NCBI GenBank assembly: GCA_031411295.1
Contig: JANOAV010000196.1
Location: 1 to 60,609, forward strand
Source: Verrucomicrobiales bacterium
GTDB lineage: Bacteria; Verrucomicrobiota; Verrucomicrobiia; Verrucomicrobiales; V1-33
DNA length: 60,609 nt
Direction: 5' to 3'
Shown: piece by piece, positions 49,318 to 57,731 of the stretch
How positions within the stretch are numbered: position 1 is the first letter of the stretch
Layout: each line of letters starts with the position of its first letter
Position numbers and translations under genes: made by a program
Notes under the pieces: model-generated
The model's input: the letters and a program-made list of their open reading frames with translations, nothing else
Told to the model about the DNA's origin: nothing
Database searches by the model: none

Positions 49318-50526
49318 CTATATCGGAGAAAGTTCGCGATGCTCCACCTGCACGAGTTCGAGGAAGTCCGCTTGGTTTAGACCATACATGGAGTCTGTAT
49401 TCCGAAGGAAATTGAGCCCAAAGTTCCGCATTCCAGTTATGGAACTTTTGAAGCAGAGACCATGGACAAGGCCTGGTGGGGGATTCCACGCACGAGGCAG
49501 ACCGCGCCAAGCTTTCGTAAGATATTCGCTGACGATCTGGGTGGGAGCGTAGGCAAGATCAACTTTGCTCCCCCGCTCTACAGGCTTGGACAGATCTGCC
49601 GCCAGCTCGTGGAGAAATCGATAGTCTGCGAAGATTTCGCGATCTGGATTGCTCCAATAACTAGGTGGATCCGGCAAGTCGGTGAAATCGATGACCCGGA
49701 TTGGCTGGGTCGTCCTGATTGTAGCGATACTGGCAAAACCAGGGCTTTCGCCATCCCAAGTCTCCTCTATTGCTGTTTGAATGTCTTCGGCACCATACAG
49801 CATTGGAATTCCTGCAGGACTCATCCGATTCGCAGAAGCATTCGCTGAGGGAGGGCTTCCAAGCGCCTCAAAGGTGGTAAAACGTTCTGCCTTGTCCACT
49901 CTAATGCGGTAAAAGAGGGTGCCAGTTGGCAATTCACGAACTAGGTTCAGGTTTTCAACCAGTTTTCCAATTTCTCGCAGAGTGAGCGATGGGTGAGTAT
50001 AATCAGGATGACTTGAGTCCTCATCGCTTTCCACGAAGGCAAATGAAAACCTGAGTTGGTTTTGAACAATGCTACAAAACTGATTCCAACCATGCCTCAT
50101 CCGTGCAATTGGTGACAAGATAGCCCAATCGCGCTCAGTCCAAGAAACACCGATATCGATGGCTTCTACAATCGCATTTCCAAACTGTTCGCTGACCACG
50201 TCGTAAATTTCATCAGTCACAATCTCCTGAGCCGATTGGTGACCGATCTGCCACCCCCCCTCAGCTGTTTCATAGGGAGCCCCTGCGTCCTCAATGTTTT
50301 CATAGTCAGCCATGAGGCTTTCCATGATCTGACTTTGGATAATCTCCGCATCTGCAACGAGAACCTCGGTTTCTCCGCAAAAGTCGCATGTTCCTGATTC
50401 TGAATCCTCTGAGTGCAGCTCTCGAAGGTAATACTCCTCAATGCAATTAATGCACACTAACTGACCCTCAAGGCTTTCGTATCCTCGTTCGCATGACTTC
50501 ATCCAATCTCTTTTTGCTAGTCCCAT
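49318..50526 (-). CDS. HEPN/RES-associated N-terminal domain + RES domain protein
   Basis: N-terminal CINC..CDFC zinc motif; FYRIR, NRMSPAGIPMLY, TAIEE, Y.PTQ..SEYL, GL.FKSS. Visibly AT-richer than its flanks. Confidence 0.85.
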   Translation of the reverse strand: MGLAKRDWMKSCERGYESLEGQLVCINCIEEYYLRELHSEDSESGTCDFCGETEVLVADAEIIQSQIMESLMADYENIEDAGAPYETAEGGWQIGHQSAQEIVTDEIYDVVSEQFGNAIVEAIDIGVSWTERDWAILSPIARMRHGWNQFCSIVQNQLRFSFAFVESDEDSSHPDYTHPSLTLREIGKLVENLNLVRELPTGTLFYRIRVDKAERFTTFEALGSPPSANASANRMSPAGIPMLYGAEDIQTAIEETWDGESPGFASIATIRTTQPIRVIDFTDLPDPPSYWSNPDREIFADYRFLHELAADLSKPVERGSKVDLAYAPTQIVSEYLTKAWRGLPRAWNPPPGLVHGLCFKSSITGMRNFGLNFLRNTDSMYGLNQADFLELVQVEHRELSPI

Positions 50527-50558
50527 CGCAGCAAGTTTTTGGTCTTATTATATTGAGT

Positions 50559-50828
50559 TCAGTGGCAGGCTGCAGCAGTCTTTAGGGTTTGGCCTTGACG
50601 CCCCGGCTCTGAGCATTCACCCGTCGTAGCCTTCTCCACAGAGTCCAAATATTTTGCACAGACCCGACTTCCGCCTTTATGAAAATGCTCCCGCAAGGTT
50701 GCTCCAGTCGCTGGAGAATCCGACCAAGCGCCATGCTGCACCGCTTCGGTGAAGGATTCGTCTTCACGTCTTGCTTGCTGGCTTTTCTCAAGAGCATCGC
50801 GGTCCAAAACAACGGTTTTCGTCGGCAT
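50559..50828 (-). CDS. Degenerate VapB-like (DUF217-type) antitoxin, orphan
   Basis: MPTKTVVLDRDALEK....RR.DESFTEAV fits the M.TKTI.L..DAY..L...K...ESFS.V pattern. No PIN toxin adjacent. Confidence 0.55.
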   Translation of the reverse strand: MPTKTVVLDRDALEKSQQARREDESFTEAVQHGAWSDSPATGATLREHFHKGGSRVCAKYLDSVEKATTGECSEPGRQGQTLKTAAACH

Positions 50829-50969
50829 GCCCGAAGCATATACGACAGTCCGAATCCTCACAAACTAAATCCGCGTCATCAACGCAATAGGCCAAACGTG
50901 ACATTATCCATCGTATAGACAAACCATGATTTTCACTTGCAGCCACATTTGATGACACTTTCTTGAACA

Positions 50970-51686
50970 ATGAATGACTCACTAGAAATGATCCTCTGCA
51001 TCCCTGGGCCATGGCAGAGCCGGTCGGATGTAATCCGTGCACTGGTGGATGCACACGGTGGACGCTATCTGATGGCTGGCTTGTTGCTTTACGATTCTGA
51101 AGCGAAGGACTCTGTCACAGTCGAATGGGAGGAGCATGATCCCCGAATGGTGAGCGCATTCTACTGCTGCCAGCACGATGAAGCGACGATGTCGGCGCTC
51201 GCAAGCCATGGTTCGGTGCTTTATCTCCGTTTCCCCATGGACATGACTGATCAGCGGGAGCGTCTACTGAAATATACCGATGCGCTCAAAAAAGCTGGAG
51301 GCATTGCTGTAAAATTGGAAACCAGCGGTATTTCGCACCCGTGGTCTCGATGGTTCGAGTGGCTTGCTTCGCCACTATTGCATAATCATTACCGAGCCGC
51401 AGTGATCGTCGCTGGCGATGCTGACGGCTGGTATTCTTGTGGCATGCATCAGTTCGGCCTGCCGGATGCCACAGTCCCGGGCGATGGCGAAGAAGTGAGG
51501 GGAACACTCGAAGCATTCAACAAATACCTCCTCATCGAAAGCCCTGAGTTGAGATCCGGCCATACCTTCTCCAAAGACGCAGATTCCCCACGCCGCCGCC
51601 TGAAACTAACAGCCGACGACCGTTTCGAACCCGACCATTTGTTCCACAATCCACATGGACTTTGGCAAATGGAGGAAATTCGTTGA
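50970..51686 (+). CDS. DUF4261-like protein
   Basis: CIPGPW, AGGIAVK.E.SG..H, YSCGMHQFGLPD, FN.Y...E.P.L..GHTF, FHNPHG.W. Confidence 0.65.
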   Translation: MNDSLEMILCIPGPWQSRSDVIRALVDAHGGRYLMAGLLLYDSEAKDSVTVEWEEHDPRMVSAFYCCQHDEATMSALASHGSVLYLRFPMDMTDQRERLLKYTDALKKAGGIAVKLETSGISHPWSRWFEWLASPLLHNHYRAAVIVAGDADGWYSCGMHQFGLPDATVPGDGEEVRGTLEAFNKYLLIESPELRSGHTFSKDADSPRRRLKLTADDRFEPDHLFHNPHGLWQMEEIR

Positions 51687-51875
51687 TGCTCCACATCAAC
51701 AGTTTTGGTTCCGATTCATGGATTTCCTGTCATTTCAAGAACACGCGTCAAAATTAACGCACGTCGAGTTAGACTGACGTTTTAAGGATTATCCTTGCTC
51801 GCCTTTCGTTACACTCGAAAACCGGCCTTCGCCTTTGCATAACCTTGGGGAAACCATAGGATGCGCGCCCAATCC

Positions 51876-54596
51876 ATGCCTGCTGCTCCTTCGCCCAACG
51901 CGCTCCCTATCTGGAAAATTCACGCTGACATCCTGCGCTCGCTGCAGGATGGAAATCGGCTCGTGTTGGTGGCGCCCACGGGCTCGGGCAAGACCACCCA
52001 GGTGCCGCAAATGCTGCTGGATGCAGGGATCGTGGGGGATAAAATGATCGTCGTGCTGCAACCCCGGCGCGTAGCAGCCCGCACCGTGGCGGCTCGCGTG
52101 GCGTCGGAACGCCATGGGAAACTAGGCGCGGAAGTCGGTTATCAGATTCGTTTCGATGACCACACCAGCGTGGGAACGCGCATTTGCTTTGTCACGGAAG
52201 GCATCCTGCTGCGCTGGCTCCAGGAAGATCGCACACTGGCGAAGATCGGGGCCGTGGTGTTCGATGAGTTCCATGAACGAAATTTACTCAGCGATGTCGC
52301 TCTGGCATTAGTAAAAAATTTACAGCAAACGCAGCGGCCGGATTTACTCATGCTAGTGATGTCCGCCACCCTCGATGCTGAGCCAGTGGCCGCATATCTA
52401 AGCAGCACGGGCGTGGCTCTCATCGTGGAGGGCGAGGTAACGAGACCAGCGCCAGCCAGCACAGATTCAGCTTTGCATGGTGCTGGTCTCCTAACGTCGC
52501 CCTCCACGGGTGGGTGCCCCATTCTTATTTCTGAAGGGCAAAGTTTCCCAGTGGACGTGAGTTATCTGGCCATGCCTGACCAGCGCCCCATCACGCTGCA
52601 AGCAGCCGAAGCGGTGGAGCGTATCATCAATCAAAACGAACCGGGCGACATTCTGGTCTTCATGCCCGGGCGTGGGGAAATTAACGGCACCCTGGATGCG
52701 CTGCGTGGCCTGAGAACTCAGGAGCGTGTGGCGTGCATCCCCTTGCATGGCGAGTTGGAGCCGCAGGAGCAGGATCGGGCGTTTGCACCTAACACGCTGC
52801 GTAAAGTCATCGTCGCTACGAACGTGGCGGAAACCAGTGTGACGATTGATGGCATTCGTCATGTGGTTGATACGGGAGTGGCCCGGGTGGCGCGATACGA
52901 TGCCGAACGTGGCATCGGGACGTTGTTGCTGGAGCCCATCAGCCGCGCCAGTGCTGACCAACGCAAAGGCCGCGCTGGACGCACCGCGCCTGGCACGTGT
53001 CATCGCTTGTGGACCGCCATCGGCCATAAGAGTCGCGAGGAACGCAACACACCGGAAATTCAGCGCAGTGATCTGGCGGAAGTCGTCCTGCTGCTGCACT
53101 CGTTAGGGATTCGAGAGGCTGCTACATTTGATTGGTTGGATAAACCGGATGTGTCGGCAGTGGAACGTGCAGAGCGTCTGCTCACCATGCTGGGAGCCTT
53201 GCTGGATGGAGCGCTGACACCCATTGGCCAGCAAATGTTGCGTCTGCCCATGCATCCGCGCTACTCCCGCATGTTGATCGAAGCCAGCCACCGAGGCTGC
53301 GTGGAGGATGCCGCCTTGTGTGCTGCCCTGGTTAGTGGACGTGATTTACTGGCACGGCTGGATCGTGACGACGCGCAAACCAAAGCCGCGCGAGAAATGT
53401 TCGAGGACAGCGGAGACTCGGATTTCATCACGCTCATGCGCGCCTATGAGTTCGCCAAGGCTAGCAACTTCAGCTTCGACCGCTGCCGCACCTATGGCAT
53501 CAACGCCCAAGTGGCCCGCCAAGTGGAACAGACGTGTCAGCAGATCCTTAGTGGCGGGGGCATTCTGCCCCTAAGCCAGCAACACGCAACCAACCGGCAA
53601 AGCAGCACGCCACTGCCCATGTCAGCCTCCGCACACTCCATGGCCATCGGGGCTGGGGGGCAGAATGCCCCCGCCACGCATGAGCCCCTCCTCCGCTGCC
53701 TCATGGCTGGCTTCGTGGATCAACTCGCCAAACGCCGCGCCCCCGGCAAGCCCGAGTGCGACCTGACCGAACAACGCCAGGGTCAGCTCGTGCGCGAGAG
53801 CGTCGTGCAGGACGCACCGTATTTCGTGGCGGCTAGTCTGCGGGAAACTCCATCGCGCCAAACCCTGCTGAGCCTGGCCACCGCCGTGAAGCCGGAGTGG
53901 ATCGCAGAGATGTTTCCCCAGCACCTAACCAGCACCGTGGAGCACGTCTTCGATGCCCAGAACAAACGCGTCGCTGCCATGAAGCTCACACGCTATCACG
54001 ATCTGGTCATCGAACAAAAAACCCAGCAACGCGATCTCGATCCCATCGCCAGCGGACGTTGCCTGGCCGCAGCCCATCAGTCAGGAGCCTTTGATTTACC
54101 GCTGTTCGACCATCGACTGAAACAATTCATCGCCCGCGTCAACCTCATCCACGCCACCGCACCTGAACTCGAGTTCGCCCCCATCGACGAAGTCGCCATC
54201 ACCAACTGCCTCGCCCGAGCCTTCCGCGGTCTCTCTTTAGTAAAAGAAGCCCAAGCTGCACCCCTAACCAACGCCTTCCACCACCATTTGGAAAAAGGCC
54301 AACTTAGTTGGCTGGATGAATTAATCCCCCTGGCCATCACTTGGCATGACAACCGCACCATCAAAATTTCCTACGTCAACGACACCCCCGAAGCCCAAGT
54401 AAAACTCCAGGACTGCTTCGACCTCAAAGAACACCCCACCCTCTGCGAAGGCCGCCTCCCCGTCGAACTAGCCCTCTGCACCCCCGACGGAAAACGTCTG
54501 GCCACCACCACCGACTGGCCCACCTTCCGCACCCGGGATTGGCCCAAACACAAACAAGCCGTGGCGAAGAAATTTCCCGCCATCCTCTGGCGATAG
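51876..54596 (+). CDS. hrpB: ATP-dependent RNA helicase, HrpB-like
   Basis: APTGSGKTT, QPRRVAAR, DEFHER, MSAT, ATNVAETSVTI, QRKGRAGR, HPR. Carries two in-frame palindromic insertions. Confidence 0.9.
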   Translation: MPAAPSPNALPIWKIHADILRSLQDGNRLVLVAPTGSGKTTQVPQMLLDAGIVGDKMIVVLQPRRVAARTVAARVASERHGKLGAEVGYQIRFDDHTSVGTRICFVTEGILLRWLQEDRTLAKIGAVVFDEFHERNLLSDVALALVKNLQQTQRPDLLMLVMSATLDAEPVAAYLSSTGVALIVEGEVTRPAPASTDSALHGAGLLTSPSTGGCPILISEGQSFPVDVSYLAMPDQRPITLQAAEAVERIINQNEPGDILVFMPGRGEINGTLDALRGLRTQERVACIPLHGELEPQEQDRAFAPNTLRKVIVATNVAETSVTIDGIRHVVDTGVARVARYDAERGIGTLLLEPISRASADQRKGRAGRTAPGTCHRLWTAIGHKSREERNTPEIQRSDLAEVVLLLHSLGIREAATFDWLDKPDVSAVERAERLLTMLGALLDGALTPIGQQMLRLPMHPRYSRMLIEASHRGCVEDAALCAALVSGRDLLARLDRDDAQTKAAREMFEDSGDSDFITLMRAYEFAKASNFSFDRCRTYGINAQVARQVEQTCQQILSGGGILPLSQQHATNRQSSTPLPMSASAHSMAIGAGGQNAPATHEPLLRCLMAGFVDQLAKRRAPGKPECDLTEQRQGQLVRESVVQDAPYFVAASLRETPSRQTLLSLATAVKPEWIAEMFPQHLTSTVEHVFDAQNKRVAAMKLTRYHDLVIEQKTQQRDLDPIASGRCLAAAHQSGAFDLPLFDHRLKQFIARVNLIHATAPELEFAPIDEVAITNCLARAFRGLSLVKEAQAAPLTNAFHHHLEKGQLSWLDELIPLAITWHDNRTIKISYVNDTPEAQVKLQDCFDLKEHPTLCEGRLPVELALCTPDGKRLATTTDWPTFRTRDWPKHKQAVAKKFPAILWR
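52424..52508. repeat. REP-doublet-like palindrome inside hrpB
   Basis: CGTGGAGGGCGA-GGTAAC-GAGACCAGC ... GCTGGTCTC-CTAACG-TCGCCCTCCACG. Confidence 0.8.
53551..53677. repeat. Second REP-doublet-like palindrome inside hrpB
   Basis: Perfect 21-bp inverted repeat GTGGCGGGGGCATTCTGCCCC (53551-53571) / GGGGCAGAATGCCCCCGCCAC (53657-53677). Confidence 0.85.
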
Positions 54597-54749
54597 GTCA
54601 GACCATTTCCATTTGGAAACGGGTAAGCCTGCCTTGTCCCCCCCCTGAGGGCGAGGCGTTCGCAGAGCCGGGAGGCTTGCTGGCGTTTCCGTTCCGGCAC
54701 GGACCATCCAGGGTTGTTGGCTGACTTTTCATTCGCGACCATCAACCGC

Positions 54750-54765
54750 GTGACGGAACTGTCAC
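54750..54765. promoter_or_regulatory. Palindromic candidate operator upstream of the SBP-vWA genes
   Basis: GTGAC-GGAACT-GTCAC about 50 nt before the start codon. Confidence 0.3.
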
Positions 54766-54816
54766 ATTTCATTTCGGACAGTTGCTGGGGATATGACAGA
54801 TTCCAATCGCAATAGC

Positions 54817-56490
54817 ATGAAACATCACCAACTGTGTGTCGCCCTCATAACCCTCCTTGCGAGCGGCTGTGATTCCAAACCAAAGTCCTCCAACGGCAGC
54901 GCCAGCTCCGGGTCGCCTGATCCGCAGGCATTGGAACTTATCTTCACCTATGGCTCGGAGAAGCAGCAATGGGTGGAGACCGTGGTGAATGAGTTTAACA
55001 GCCAAAAGCTCACAGCGCCCTCGGGCAAGCCGATCTGGGTCACCCAAGTGCCCATGGGCTCGGGCGATTGCATTAGTGAAATTCTCCAGGATAAGCGCAA
55101 GCCACACGTCGTGAGTCCGGCCTCACTGGCCTTCATCAAACTTGGCAATGCCGAATCCAAAGCGCGCACCGGCAAGGACGTGGTGGGTGAAACCACTAAC
55201 TTGGTGCTATCGCCCGTAGTCATTGCGATGTGGCGTCCGATGGCCGAGGCGTTGGGCTGGCCTGGCAAACCGATCGGCTGGAAAGAGGTGCACGACTTGG
55301 CGGTCAATCCCCAGGGGTGGGCCTCCCATGGGATGCCGCAGTGGGGAGCGTTTCGTTTTGGCCATACGCACCCGGAGTTTAGCAACAGCGGGTTGATCTC
55401 ACTCTTTGCCGAAGTCTATGCCGGCACCGGGAAATTACGTGGCTTGGAATTGGCCGATGTGCAGCGACCAGAGACGGGCGCTTATTTGCAGGAAATCGAA
55501 TCTGCCGTGGTGCACTATGGCGAGTCCACCGGATTCTTCGGACGCAAGATGTTCGAGGAAGGTCCGGGCTACCTTAGTGCGGCCGTGCTCTATGAGAACA
55601 TGGTGATCGAAGCCAATCAGCAGGCGAAATTGAAGATGCCAGTCGTCGCCATTTATCCCAAAGAAGGCACCTTCTGGAGCGACCATCCTGCCGGCATTGT
55701 CCAACGGGAATGGGTCACGCCGGATCACCAAGCCGCCGCACGCAAACTGCTCGATTTCCTAACCAGCCGACCATCGCAAGAGAAAGCCCTGGCCTTGGGC
55801 TTCCGTCCGGCGGATCCAGCCATCCCCCTGGCCGCGCCCTTCGATGTCGCCCATGGCGTGGATGCGAAGCAGCCTCAGACCACCCTGGAGGTTCCAGAAG
55901 TGGCCGTCATGAAAGCAATCACCTCCCTCTGGCAGGAACGCAAAAAGAAATCCAACATCCTGCTAGTGCTCGACACTTCCGGCAGCATGGAAAAGGATGG
56001 CAAGATGGCCGCCGCACGTGTGGGAGCGCAGCGCATGGTCAGCTTGCTGGGTGACTCAGATCATATTTCGCTCTTTCCCTTCAATGAACAGGTTCGGCCC
56101 ACGTTGTTGGATGCCGAACTGAAAACCCACCGCCCCAAAGCCCAGCAGATCTTGGGATCACTCATAGCCGCAGGCGGCACTGCGCTCTACGATGCCGTCA
56201 TCAGTGCGCGCCAACATTTGCAGCAACATCCCCAACCCGGCATGATCAGCGCCATCGTGGTCCTCAGTGATGGGGCCGATGCGCACAGCGCTGCGAAACT
56301 GGATGACTTGCTCAAGCGACTGCAAACCGATCGCGAAACGGGCGGCATCCGCGTCTTCACGATCGGCTATGGCAAGGACGCCAAGGCCGATGTGCTGGAG
56401 CAGATCTCGAATGCCACGCAGGCCAAATATTTCAAAGGCACTCCAGAGAACATCGAATCCGTGTTCCGCCAAATCTCCACTTTCTTCTAA
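54817..56490 (+). CDS. Lipoprotein: solute-binding-protein-like domain + vWA domain
   Basis: Lipobox LASGC; YGSEK, SPAS, SPVVIAMW, HTHP..SNSG, YEN, SDHP; vWA MIDAS DTSGS, GGTALYDA, LSDG. Confidence 0.88.
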   Translation: MKHHQLCVALITLLASGCDSKPKSSNGSASSGSPDPQALELIFTYGSEKQQWVETVVNEFNSQKLTAPSGKPIWVTQVPMGSGDCISEILQDKRKPHVVSPASLAFIKLGNAESKARTGKDVVGETTNLVLSPVVIAMWRPMAEALGWPGKPIGWKEVHDLAVNPQGWASHGMPQWGAFRFGHTHPEFSNSGLISLFAEVYAGTGKLRGLELADVQRPETGAYLQEIESAVVHYGESTGFFGRKMFEEGPGYLSAAVLYENMVIEANQQAKLKMPVVAIYPKEGTFWSDHPAGIVQREWVTPDHQAAARKLLDFLTSRPSQEKALALGFRPADPAIPLAAPFDVAHGVDAKQPQTTLEVPEVAVMKAITSLWQERKKKSNILLVLDTSGSMEKDGKMAAARVGAQRMVSLLGDSDHISLFPFNEQVRPTLLDAELKTHRPKAQQILGSLIAAGGTALYDAVISARQHLQQHPQPGMISAIVVLSDGADAHSAAKLDDLLKRLQTDRETGGIRVFTIGYGKDAKADVLEQISNATQAKYFKGTPENIESVFRQISTFF

Positions 56491-56497
56491 CCGACAC

Positions 56498-57703
56498 ATG
56501 AAACAACCATCAGCAGACAATCCCGGCCTAACTCCACTGGGGAAAATCGTCATCCTGCTCTTCGTCGGCGGCTGCGTAGCCGGCGCGTGGCACTTGTTGC
56601 GGCGGGATTCCGGCAAGGATCCAGTCGCCACAGATCATCCGAAAGTCGATCAGCCTAACGTAACACCAAGCGGCAAGACCACCGTGAAAATTGCTTACGG
56701 CACCGAGAAGAAACGTTGGCTGACGTGGGCGGCGGAGGAATTCTCCCGCACCGCGGCCGGAGCCTCCATCAACATTGAACTGGCTCCCTTCGGTTCCCTG
56801 GAGGGGGCGCGCGCCTCTGCTGATCCCAAGCAAGCGATCACCGTCTGGAGCCCGGCCAGCTCGGCTTTCAAGGAAGTCTTTGTTCAGGAATGGAATCTCC
56901 AACGCAATACCTCTCCCTTTCTACGGGAGGAGCCTCTCGCCTTGTCTCCCATGGTATTTGTCTTCTGGAAAGAGCGTCACGATGCCTTCCTCCAGAAATA
57001 CAAGATCGTGAGTTTTGATAGCATCGCCAACGCTACGCAGGAGCCGGGAGGCTGGCAGGGCATTGCCGCCAAGCCAGACTGGGGTTTCTTTAAATACGGC
57101 CACACGGACCCGAACAGTTCCAACAGCGGACTGATGGCGTTGATCTTGTATGCACAGCATTTCCAAAAGAAGACCACGCCGTTGGTGATGGCGGACGTGG
57201 TGAATGTCGAGTTTAACACGTGGCTGGCCAAGATGGCCAAAGGGCTCAGCGGCCTGGGCAAGAGCACCGGGGACCAGATGAAGGACATGGTGCTCAAGGG
57301 GCCAGCTTCCTACGATTGTCTGCTAGTGTATGAGAACGTGGCCATCGATTATCTCAAAAACGCCGAGGGCCGGTGGGGCCAACTCCAAGTAGCCTATCCG
57401 GAAATCAACATTTGGAGTGACAACCCCTACTACGTCCTCAACGCTCCGTGGAATGCCCCGGCGCAAACCAAGGCGGCCGGGGCCTTCCTGGATTTCCTGC
57501 TCACCCAACGGGTCCAGGAACAAGCGCTACAGCACGGTTTCCGTCCCGCCGAGCCTAACGTGCCGATCAAAGGCCCCACCAGTCCGTTCCAACAATACGC
57601 TGGGCAGGGCCTGCGGATTGAAATCCCCAAAGTCTGCGAGGCCCCGAAACCAGAGGCCATTATGAACCTGCTCTCCGGTTGGCAACGGGCCCGGGGGCAG
57701 TAG
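56498..57703 (+). CDS. Membrane-anchored solute-binding-protein-like paralogue without vWA
   Basis: One TM helix; YGTEK, SPAS, SPMVFVFW, HTDP..SNSG, YEN, SDNP, GFRP align with the previous gene. Confidence 0.85.
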   Translation: MKQPSADNPGLTPLGKIVILLFVGGCVAGAWHLLRRDSGKDPVATDHPKVDQPNVTPSGKTTVKIAYGTEKKRWLTWAAEEFSRTAAGASINIELAPFGSLEGARASADPKQAITVWSPASSAFKEVFVQEWNLQRNTSPFLREEPLALSPMVFVFWKERHDAFLQKYKIVSFDSIANATQEPGGWQGIAAKPDWGFFKYGHTDPNSSNSGLMALILYAQHFQKKTTPLVMADVVNVEFNTWLAKMAKGLSGLGKSTGDQMKDMVLKGPASYDCLLVYENVAIDYLKNAEGRWGQLQVAYPEINIWSDNPYYVLNAPWNAPAQTKAAGAFLDFLLTQRVQEQALQHGFRPAEPNVPIKGPTSPFQQYAGQGLRIEIPKVCEAPKPEAIMNLLSGWQRARGQ

Positions 57704-57731
57704 CCAGCGGTGGCCGCCTGGAACGCCGGGC

